The notes under the pieces are model-generated. The model saw nothing but the letters and a program-made list of their open reading frames with translations. It did not search any database and had not been told where the DNA came from. 21,810 nucleotides of DNA from Acanthaster planci. Its lineage: Eukaryota. The DNA lies in assembly GCF_001949145.1 (NCBI RefSeq), contig NW_019091356.1, forward strand, positions 2,798,932-2,820,741, given 5' to 3'. The position numbers were made by a program, and so were the translations under genes. Below, one piece after another: positions 9,601 through 21,600 of this stretch (positions are counted from its first letter, which is position 1; each line of letters starts with the position of its first letter).

Positions 9601-12600
9601 TGGTGAGCATTTGCGGAGTTGCTGTCAGAGGCAAAGTGATCATTGTCAGAGCAGCACTGTCTGGGTACCCCATCTTGCAAGCAAAGGCTTGCTTCCATGC
9701 GAGCCTCCAACAAAGGTTTTTTGGAAGTGGAACCACGAGTGAAATGGAGGAGGGGAGTGGGGTGATAGTTGAATCAAGGGCCTCCCCGGTTTTACCATCA
9801 AAAGATGTTGACTTAGTGTAGTGCCCCCCCACACGCACCTTCGGCAGGTCCTTGAATGCCTGATGGTCTCACAAATGGCCCCCCACCTTAAAAATCAAAT
9901 CATTCGGCTGCTGTTGCCCATTACCTAAGCTTCTTAATTATAATCCCTCTGAAGAGGCACCTACGTCAGTGCTTGTCTTCAAAATTTATTTACGGTTAGG
10001 GGATTGATTCTTCACAGCAAAGTTCAAGTTTGGCACATTTGGCATTTACATCTCCCTTCCACTCAGATAGTCAGTTTGATGAGATGGGTGTATTCGGTTC
10101 GTCTTGATGGTTACAGATGGGTCGAAGGGTTCCTGTGTTTATGCCAGCCCCGGTAACGCTGCTGGCCTGTGGTACGTGGCTTCTTGCAACACAAGCAGTT
10201 TATATATCTGCGAGAAGGCCAAGGGGGATGTTCCGACGGTCAAGCCCACGAGTGGAGTGCAGACTACACCGACCAATGACAACTGTGCACCGGGCTGGAT
10301 TGGTTATGGGTCTCACTGCACCAAGGTATGTGTAGAAAAATCGTCAGTAGAGGGTTTGTTGGGAAAGGTACGGAGGTCTCACTAAGCGTCTGTTGATAGG
10401 GGAAGTTGTCAGTAACATGTCAATTCATTGTGAAGGGCCAAGGGTGGATCTAGAGCCAACTTTAAATTTTTGGGGGGAGGGGGGAGAACTTGGGGAAGGC
10501 TCGATCCTGTTGGCCCTCCTCCTACCCACCCCCCTGGATCTGGAAATAAAATTTTTAAAAAGAATGACATTTACTAATTTGTTTTTGTCACTCGGGGGAA
10601 GTACAAAAACATTGATGTAACTATATATGAGGGGAGTGAGAGGATGTAGGAGTCTGTGTCGCCCCGCCCCCTTTGGAAATGGTCACAACGTTTGCACATA
10701 TGGAAGTTCATTTCCTTCCAGCACCCCTTGAAAAAAGTGCACCCCTGGGTGCCCCCCCCCGCAAAACTTTCACCTCAGTCATCTGTTGGAGCCACGTAAA
10801 CATGTCGCTCTTTTAAATGAACTCATTTTCCAACCTCATATTTTGTATCTGTCTACTCTGTCAGGCCTTCAATCTGAACCCCAAGTTGAATTTCTGGGAT
10901 TCCGAGGACTTCTGTGGCAATTTGGGAGGCCACCTGGCCAGCTTTCACTCCAAAGCAGAAGAGGACCACTTTGTCCAGCAGGTCATTGCGGCGTAAGTGT
11001 GCAATATGGAGCTACCCGGCCACAAAAGTTTGAGCAACCTAATTAAGCCACCCTCCCACTAAGCTGCACCCTCCATGGCCCAGGCAGTCCCTCCCTAAAC
11101 CCCTTTTCAAGACCTTATGCCCTCCTCCTCTCCAAAATTCAGTACATCATATATCAACTTCAAACACAGCATATACAGTGATACTTCATATTTGACCCTT
11201 TGTTGAGGTCCATACCTACAGTGTCTGGGCAAGCAAAGTACACTGCAATGAGGACATTCTGTGGCATTAGTGCAGTTCAGAAATGCACTCTTCTTTTGTT
11301 GCACTGAGATCACTTTTATGCTGTGTTTTTTTTGTGGTTCCCGTTTCTTCTCCATTTTGCTGCTGCTCTATCCATAAAATGCCTCTGAAATTGTTCTTTT
11401 TTTTCAATGAGTAGAACCCTTGTGTAGACCTGGCCTTAATCCAAACCCGCAGTGTGTGGGCATGTTTCGTTCTTCAGTTCATGCAGGGTACCCAATACCG
11501 ACTCATTTTGCACAACCTGTAATGTTGTGCTCGTCTTTGGTTCTGTTTTGCAGCAATGGAGACACTGATGAAGCATACTGGATTGGCTTCCATGACTCCA
11601 AAGCAGAAGGAGGTAGTGTTTGAAGTAATAGTCCACAGCCAAAGCTCTGGACCATGGGCTACTTTTACGGGAAAAGATTGGCCATTTTTTTGTCCAGCAA
11701 GGCAGAAAGGGTTACTGTAGCTATGCAAACTCATTTCTCAGCCTGTGTGTTCGCTCTCAAAATGAGGCATAGTCCTCTTTGGCCCTGTTTCTCTTTATCT
11801 CCAAAAGTCTTGAAGCTGTTAAGCTGATTACATTCCACGTCCTGTTTGAAAGTTTCCTTAGGGTCCAGATATTTTATCATCTTTCAGTTCCTCAAGTAAA
11901 TTTGATAGCCGGAGCAGTGTTTTGAACCCGCATTCATGGGAAATTTGTTGATCTGCCTGCCATTTTTTTCATCAGCTTTTGAGTGGATAGACGGGAGCCT
12001 GGTGCAGTGGGAGAACTGGCACCAAAATCCCAAGGAGCCCAACGATGCGGGAAGCGGTGAAGACTGCACAGAAATGTTCTTCAACGGTCACGGATGGAAT
12101 GACATACCGTGCTATGGCCACAAACGAAATGCCTTGTGTATACTACCCAAGGGTGAGGCAGATTATTTCAGGTTCACCCTCGCTGTTAAAATTGGTCTTT
12201 AGATTTCCCTCTGTGAGAAAATCTCTGGGGCTCTTCTCGAAAATCAGACTGCTATCCATTATGGACATAGCTTGCCAAACTTATCTGGTAGACGTAAAAA
12301 GAGGACCCAGAACTATGTGAGTCGTATGCGTATCCTAAGTATTTATACTTTATTTCATCAATTCTTCTGTAATTTGATTTTCAACTTCCCATATTATGTC
12401 TCTTCAATGTGAATGTGATGTCTTTGATAGAATAAAGTATAAATATTTCGGATATACATATGATGCAGGTTGTTCTATGTGTCTTCCTTTTCCTTTTCCG
12501 TCAACCAAATCAATTTGACAAGAATTTTCTTAAAGCCCGAAACATCTGGAGAGAAGTACAGACCTGAGAGTGTGAGATCTCAGATTGAAAGGCTTTGGTG

Positions 12601-15600
12601 GTGCTTTTAATAAAGCAATGACTAGAAATCAAAACCAGCCAAAAGTAAAACAGTGCACATTTTTTTTATCGAGTTCACACGTTTGTTTTCAAAGTTTTCA
12701 AACAACAAAGCATTGTAGTGACAAATATCCCTACAAAGTGACAAAGTTACCTTAGTTAAACCTTCACAGTGTCAGAAACTAAGGCAGTTTTTTTATATCT
12801 AGAATCGGTTGTTGGATGTTGTTTTTAATTTTTATTGAATTCCATCAGGTCAGATGCCAGCCACTACCCTCCCTCCAGTCACATGTGAGTTGTGGTTGCA
12901 CTTCAATTGAAATTAAATTTTAGAAACACTGCTACAAACCGTGACCATGCGTGCTTCAAAGCATATGTTATTGTTGAAATGTACTTTTACTAAGCTTAGT
13001 GTGAAACATATTAAGCATTCTCGCAGCAAATCAAAGTCCACGAAAAGGCTTGTAGGCCTAAGTTGGGTTATTGAGAGTCACAAAATATGATCCAGTGTTG
13101 GAGGTGAGACCGCTACCAGACAAGACACAAGCAGCAGGGTGAAAAGTGACAAGGGAATGCTTCAGTTGCAATTCATTTGAATAATTTGTGACTTGAATTC
13201 AAACTGGAAGTCTGTGATGATCTCGCGGGATGTTGTGATGATCTTGTCTTGTGAACAGGGCTCGCCTACATCACTGATATTTATCCCAACCCTTCAACAT
13301 GAGCTTTGGAAAATACAAAATTTCAATGACTGTATGATCTTGTGATGGAATATACACAGTAATGATTTCAACACGTCTTTTTATGCCAGATCCAAAATGC
13401 CCTACCAACGACAGCCTTCTCCTCTTCAACAACTACTGCTACTTCTTCAGCCCAGGAGGAACCCAGTGGGGCTGGTCGGAGGCTGAGGATTATTGCCACC
13501 AGCTAGGGGGTCACTTAACCTCTGTTCATGATCAGAACGAGCAGGATTTCCTCTACAATGTGGTAAGATGTAGGACCTGGTCCTCTTAGCATTTCCTAAA
13601 AGCAGTTCTGGAACAGCGGTTCTAGAACAGCAGTTTTAGAACCTAAATTTTTGGAAAGATTAGATTGTCATACTGTGTGTCTGGAATAAGAAACTTGATA
13701 AGCCTTGCAGTACATTAATGTATGGGCAACATTTATGAGCAACATGTCGGGGTGAACTTGCATCCTTCCTCCCTCCCCAGATGTGCCGCTGGTCATTTTG
13801 TGATTCGATCCCACAAAATTAAGTCTGAAAGCTGCCTTTTTTCACGACTGAAATTTGCTGTAGTTTGCACTTGGAAAGAGCCAACTGAACTCTTTGTTTC
13901 AATGTATGACAGTTTGGCACTGTGAAAAGAACAGACATTATGTGGGTAAAAATGTTTATGGTTCCTTTTGGTATGCACTACTGAAAACTCTTTCATAACT
14001 CCTACCTCAAACGTGGCCTTGGTGACTTCCGAATTCATATACAAAATGGGTAATAACAAATGTAGGCAGGAGTGAAATTGATATTCGTTTCACTCTCTTT
14101 TGAGGAGCTTTCCAACGCGTGCTAAAAATAAGGAGTATTTATAAATTAAACCCATCTAGCGTAACTGGTGCTCAGGGTGTTACATCATCAGTAACTCTGC
14201 TCATCAAACCCAGAAATATTCCCCAAACCCTCTCAGCTTCCTAGGGAGTCCACTGCTTGATGCTGTCATGATTTCAGGCACAAACGGGTAATCAAACATA
14301 AAGATCTTAGCCTACAAAATAGCCTATTTACACCCACGGATGGAGAAGAGGCAGAGATGACATACCAAAGGTCCCAGCATGTAACCAGCTACGTGTACTG
14401 GATTCGAACCTCCCCATCCTATGTTTGGCAGTTACAAACAGCAACCATTAGACCACACGTCTCCACGCTTTCCCATACTACCCCCCTCCTCTCTCTCCTT
14501 CCTACAGGTCAGCGGGCAAAACCGAGGAGACTTTTGGATTGGCCTGCGCGAGTTTGGCAAAGACGGCATCTACAGGTAGATACACAATCACTCAGCTGTC
14601 CAAAATTTAAACCCCCAGAAATGATGGACTTACCTCCAAAGTGAGCGTGAACATTGGGAATATATGTTTTTGTGGTCTGTGATTGGGGATGGATTTTCTG
14701 ATAAGCTCAGTAAGCATTGTGCCCAGGGCTTATGAAATAATTCAAGAGGCAACGAAAAATTTGGAGGCACAGTCGCCCACATCAAAGTAACTTGTACTTT
14801 GGCTCAGTACAGCAAGGCTCAAATACTTACCATTGCTATGAAATTAGCATGAAAATTGGCCATGAAGCGCCCGAAACTTATACCCTTAGTTTCTCATAAT
14901 TTATTAAATCCTTCCCCAAAAAATTGGGTAAATGTTATTTCTCCAAAAAAATATGATTTCATTTTTCTGTTTTGGTCTTATTATTTCAATGAATTTGAGG
15001 AGTGCAGTGGTTGTCCAACACTTGGTTTATCACCCCGCCACGATATGCAACTGTGAATCAAACCTTCATGAAACTTCCTACCTGATTTGAGTGCAGAGTG
15101 AAGAATGGTTGTTTTATTGGTTTTTTTTGTTTGTTATTATTTAGGTGGTCGGACAACACATCACTTGACTATGATGCCTGGGTGAACGGAGAGCCCAATG
15201 ATTCCAACGGCGAGGAGGAATGCGTAGAGATGTACCCTCGCCGAGATGACCAAAGTCAGTTGATCCGATTGGGAAATAATTCCGCTCAAAATGTGTCTTT
15301 CTGAAAGTTGCAGCTCTTGAAGATGGCACACACATTCCCTTGTGTTGGTAGAAATATGAGTGATTTCCGGTAGTCCCTGGTGATTGTTGGTGCTTTCGAT
15401 CCCCTCAAGAAATAGACAGGCCCTTGCTGGATATGCCACTTGGTGTTATATGGACGCAATAAAGAATTTTTATTTTGGGAAGGAAATGATCACAAAATGC
15501 AGTCAGGCTGAGGGGAAAAATATTTCTTTTCATGCAACAGACCAAGTGACTCTTTTCAATTTAGCAAACTGTTTTAGATTTTACTGAAAACTGACCCCAC

Positions 15601-18600
15601 AACTCTAACAGATATTCCCTCAGTTCCTCAAAGTTCCTGATTTCTTATACAGAAGTCCTGTCCTAAAATTTTATAAATCTTGAACCAGACCGTAAAACAA
15701 GTGACAGTGACTTACAGGAGGCTGTTTGAATCTGTTCGAGTCATTTGGAAGTATGACATATTTGACAAAAATTACATGTACCTGTCACTCATTTTAGTTT
15801 CGAGGTTTTAGGATTAAAGACAGTGATGCGACTTAGAACAATGACGGCCATCACTTTCAGGGTTAGGGAGCATCTTGATAGTTGGAATGCCACTGAAGGT
15901 TCCAACAAGAACATTAATGACTCTAACAGGAAACAGCAGCCTTTCCTGCTTATAACAATGTTGGAACAAGTTGGGATCCCAACTGGGAACAGATTCTACA
16001 TACCAGCATGCTTTTTCAGTGCAACCTGTCCCAGTAATAGGAGTACAGCACATTCCCAACTGGAAAACAAAGTGTTCCCCCAAAGGATGTTCTAGCAGGA
16101 ACAGAATATTTCAACTTTTGAGACATTGCCCGAGCACAGCAGGTAAGGGTTTCCATGTTGAAAATTTAATTCTTAATAGGAACATCAAGATTTTGCCCAA
16201 GAAGGTAAAAATAAGAGAGACATGTTCTGATCTTTGCTTTCAAAATTGTCTCCTATCTTCCCAGGTGGGGGTAACTGGAACGACCAGAACTGTGGCACGC
16301 CGCGCAATTTCATCTGCAAGAAGGCCACCGACGCGGTGGTGCCCATCACCCACAAACCACCCCCTGCACCCACGGGCTACTGTCCCCAGAACTCCGTCAA
16401 ATTCCTCAATCGCTGCTACACCTTCTTTGGGAAGGAGCCCGACAGCAGACTGCCATGGCGCAATGCCAGCCAGGAGTGCAAGAAGATCCCCGGTGGCGAA
16501 CTGGCCACAATTCACTCCCAGGCAGTGCAAGGTACCAGCGCCAGTCTTTTCATTATGGGTACTGGTGTTCATCTCAACTTTCCCAGGCAGGAAACCACTG
16601 AGAATATTTCTGCTGCCTCCTCTGCTATGAGATGCCAGTACATTGCAGGGTGCTTCCGCACTAAAGCCTGTCCTTATTTATATGCTCTTGGATGGAGAAG
16701 TTTGACCCCTGTAACTCTTTGATCATGAGCAGGGAACACTAAAAATAAGGCCTCTTTCCTTTCCTTTCTAATTTAAACTAAACTTAAATTACTGGGGGAA
16801 AAAGGGCTTAAAGATACATCTTGTGGGATCTGGTCCGTCTCCCTTTTTAGCCACTTGTACCCTTTCCTGTAAAGATAGTGGTCACCATAAGAAACAGCCC
16901 TCCTGCATAATGTTCTTCTTCCGAGCAAAAACGTAAACAAAGTTTCTTTCAGTTAGACAGATTCTAATTGTATAAATTCCATTTGGTTTTTATAGTAGCT
17001 TTCCCAAACAGCAACCTTCCTGCTGGTTACAAATCCTGTCGAGAGGAACCTTAACTCAAACTAGATCCATCCTTCCCAAAAAACAAACACATATCTTTTC
17101 TCCAAGTCAAGTCCAAGTTCTTTTATGTCTTTAAAAAAATCCGTAGCAAGATTGACTAGTTTCCTTGAGGAGTACAACTTTCGCACTTGGATTGGTTTGA
17201 GCGACATTACGACCAATGGTCAGTTCAAGTGGGTGGACGGAACCATGGTGGACTATACCAACTGGAACTGGGGAGAGCCCAATGAGTCCGGCGGAGAGGT
17301 AACTTGTTCGTGTTGATGTTGGCATCCTTGCCCCTACGTCTGGCTCTGCCTCCCCTGTCTGCTCATTTCCCCTCCATCTTAATGAGGGGGGGGGGATAAT
17401 TCCAACTTTCCTTTCCTAAAGTAACCATCTATAGAAACTCTTAGTTGTTAATTACTTAAGGCTTTTCATTTTTGTCTGTGTGAACTTCAACCCCCCCCCA
17501 CCAAATCTCAGTCCTGTTTGTTTGAAAAGCCCATCAATTGTATGTTTCTGTTGGCGATCTCCTACCTTCTTTATCACGTAACTACAGGGTTATGGGATTC
17601 CTAGTGAATCAGTAAGAGTGGAGGGGCGTGGCCACTGCTTATGCAACAAGGGGAAGGTCCATCAGCAGCCACACCCCTCCAAACTCACCCACAACACGTA
17701 GAGCATTGGGTCAGCGGACTTCAAATTTCATTCTTTTGAATGAGAAACTCCTGAAATGCAAAGAGAAGTTTAGGGGTTTCTTCACATTAGTTTGCACAAG
17801 TTGTTGGCACTCAGAGGCAGATGGCGACCTTGAGGGTGGGGCCATGGACATGGGGTGGGGGCTAGTCCACAGAATCTTGCAAAACCGGTAACTGGGGTAA
17901 GCAAAACAAAATGGCCCCTCCCTGGTGCCCCTGCATGTGTATCATTTACAGAGCCACACCTGACACCGACCGAGAGCAGTTCCACTCCAGTTAGGGTTTG
18001 TCTTTGTTCTTGCAGGAAGACTGCGTAGAAATGTACAATTACTGGAATTCTGCAGGCCAATGGAACGACCAGAGCTGTGATGTTAAGAATGGTTACGTCT
18101 GCCAGAGTAAACCAGGTAGAGCTGTTTGTCCAAATGACTAGGGAGGGGCTGGGTGGGTGTCGTAGCACACCTGTCCTCCCTGTGCACATCTCTTCGCCTC
18201 TCCCCCCTCCAAAAAAAATAACTTGTAATAACTGGCTACTGACATGATCAGTTGATCAGCAGATGACCGATTTGTTTGGACAGTAAATATTGCATAGTCT
18301 CATTTAAAGCTTTCCTGAATTCCATTTTAGGCCTTGCCTGAAAATGTTGCTGTGACAGGAAGTATTGCACATGCTTGAATGCTACCGACTTGCGGCTTTG
18401 AACCAAAAACCCTCCCCCCCAAACAGATAGCTGGGTACTGCGGCAGAATTCCCAGAGTCAAGGAATGTGTGGAACCCAAACCCCAGGACTGAGATCAAAG
18501 CTAGGATGGTCAAATGGTTACTTTTCCTTCTGATTTCAGATCCTAAGTATCCGCCGCCCCAATTCCCCCTCAATCCCTGCGGCATTGGGTACACCTACTG

Positions 18601-21600
18601 GCCTGACGAGGACAGCTGCTTCCAGATACGGCCCGAGCCGGTGATCTACAGTGATGCCGTCAAGGCCTGCCAGGGTTGGGCAGTCAGGCGACCCTGGCCA
18701 GCCTGAATAGCCCCTGGGAAGCAGCCTACGCTGAAGGCCTCATGGTGGAGGCAGCTGCCAATGATGATGGCTCCATTCCAGTGGAGAAACCTCTGTGGAT
18801 TGGCTTGACTGATAGAGATGTAAGAACACAGATGGCAGAAGAAAAGAAATAAGCAGAACAGAACAAATACATGAACGGAAAGGGTGTAAATTAATTGACT
18901 AAACCTAAAATTAATACATACAAAATATTTAATACGATAAGCCATAATCATGAAGGAACACCTCAAATATCCTTTGTAGAACAGTGCAAGTTCTGTGTGG
19001 GAATTGGCCATGTTCCGTTCTTGAGCTTAAAACATGCAAAGGCATAATCCACTGTTCCTATTCGGGGACATGCACTCAAAATAGGAGCAGTGGGTGTTTT
19101 TTCTGATCTGAATAAGCAATACTCTTTGGCATTCTAACATCCGAGGGGCTCCCTTCTACTTGTACTTGGCCCAAGTGTGCTTATTTGGTCGTCAGTTTCA
19201 GTGTCTGCCTTGGTAAAAATTGGCTGTCTGACCCCCGAAGGCCTTGCTTATCCAAAACTGGCGTATGTCTTTCTTAAGCCAATATCTGGACTTTCTCCGG
19301 CCAATTTCTGGACATCCTCTCAGGTGTGCACTTACACAGTAATCCATCTTATCCATTTTTCCTGCAGTCTAAGGGAGAGTACAGCTGGCAGGACAAGTGG
19401 CCCATCTTCTTCACCAACTGGGACACCAGCGAGCCAAGCATGGACGAAGGTGAGGGCTGCGTGGTCATGGCCTTCAATGGCAGGTGGGACGACACCAAAT
19501 GCGAGGCCAAGTACGGGAGCATGTGCAAATTCTCCCGCGGTAAGCATATCATCATCATCTTCCAGGCAAGGTAGATAGACTTCTAGAGGGAAACCACTGG
19601 AGTTTGGTTGGCTCTGTAGAATTACTGCCTCAATCTTTACAAGCCTTTTGATCTTTGTATACATTTCTTTAAAGAGACTGTAAAACCTCCCTGAAAATTC
19701 CAAAATTACAGGTTCTCAAAATTGGTAATGATACCTTGCAATCCATTAATGTTCTTATTTTGTTCGATACTACCCTGCTTTCATTTGGATGTGATGGTGT
19801 CAATCAATGGACCCTTCAATGCAAACACTTGCATATATCCCTGTCATCTGATTGGTGGGTTGTCTGTCCCGTGTTATTGATTTGTTTGGTATATTCAAAG
19901 GTGCCGTTCAATAAACCTGTTATACAATTGGAATGGGTGCATTTGTGCAGTAATCACACTCACAGCTTTCCATACAGATTTTAGTTGTGGCTCGGAACAA
20001 GAAAACTTCACATTGTACTTTTACGCTAAACTTGAAAAAAAGTAAAAGAAATGTAAAAGAAATCAGGAATGTTTCATTCATGCAGTGGAAAGAATAGTTT
20101 CATGAGGTGACATAATGTTCCACTCCACTGCCTTCACCTCATGGAATGGAACAATCAGTCTGCCATCTCATGAAATAATTCTTACCATCGCACAGATAAA
20201 CATTATCTGTGCACAATCGAATCTGAAGACTTTTCAAACGTTCTCTCTCAGTGTTTCCCCCTGGTCATTTTCTTCTCTCCCAGCGCCCAAACCGACTCAT
20301 CCCCCAGATCGACAAGGCTTTTGCCCCGCTGACTGGGTGCCTTATGGCAGTCACTGCTTGTACTTCCAGCCAGCCGAGCAGGAACTGGTGTCCGAGTACG
20401 AGGCAGAGCGCGAGTGCAACAACATGGGTGCCCACCTGGTCACCATCCACACCAAATTGGAAAACAAGTTTGTTCAGGAGAATATGCGGGCCATCCGGAC
20501 GGACGCCACTTGGCTGGGGTTGTATCGATCAGACAAAGGTGGGTGTTTTTAGGAAATTACATCAATTCTCTGTCACAATCTCTGCCCATTTTACTCTGCA
20601 TCCATATTCCGTATTTACTTTTTTATGTACGTGCAATGGCTTTCAGATGTTAATGGGGCTAGCTTCAAAGTCACAGTTCATTTGAAATCCTTATGAGTTG
20701 ATACTCAGTGATGAACTCATGACGACTTGATCTCTACTCAGCTTGAGTCATAATACAAGTAACAAATGAATGGTTGAGTACACTTACTGGCACTGATCAC
20801 TATGAGCCCAGGACAAGACTAAGAGATGGTCCTTTGTGTCTCATGATGACATCCCTGAATGCCAACGTCCACTTGTTCAGGCACAGAGGTACACCTTGGA
20901 GCTGGCATGTCAGATTTTCATCGGAATGGGCACAAACAAAAGATTCCTTATGACAAATGGCATCAAATCCATTTAAGTGTCGGCCCCATCTTTCTCCATC
21001 ACTGACATCACTGACCCTTATGTGAGTTCATGTTTCCTTGAAATGATTACCTCCTGCGTGAATTCTCTGCCTCCAATAGGTGCTTTTAAGTGGTTGGATT
21101 TCGAGCCTGTCAACTATGTGAACTGGCACAGCGGTGAGCCTACCATGACATGGAATGGAGAGCACGAGAACTGTGTGGAGATGTACACGGACGTCGGCGA
21201 GTGGAACGATGTAGACTGTAACCAGCTGAAGACGTACATCTGCAAGAAGCTCAAAATATGTATGCAGTTTAGTTCCTCCTCTTGTCAGTTTGTTGGTGTT
21301 TTTGTGAGTTTCTGTTTTGAGTGGGGGGAGGGAGGAATTGTTTGTATTGTTTACTGTTAGATTAAGCTCCTTTGCATCCAGCATTAAAGTTATGCAGCAA
21401 AGTTGCCTGGCTCTATCTTGGTCGATTTTTTGCTGACGGAAGCTCTGATCTTGACCTAACACTAGATACCGACACTCTTTAACAGTGAAAGTGACTTGTG
21501 TGTTTAATACGCATCTTTGAGGATTATGTCCATGTCTTTTTTTCTTTCACTCTTGTGGCAGTTAATGCAACAACTCCCCTCCCGACCGGGCCCTTTCCTC

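Noticed and set aside
10437..10765. G/C-run-rich segment with gggtggatctag...ctggatc ends (possible MITE or G-quadruplex)
   Set aside because: The TIR match is too short and degenerate to define an element by eye.
17782..19703. Minus-strand ORFs overlapping exons 23-25 (and similar ones elsewhere)
   Set aside because: They are antisense shadows of GC-richer coding exons, with no recognisable domains or coherent splice structure.
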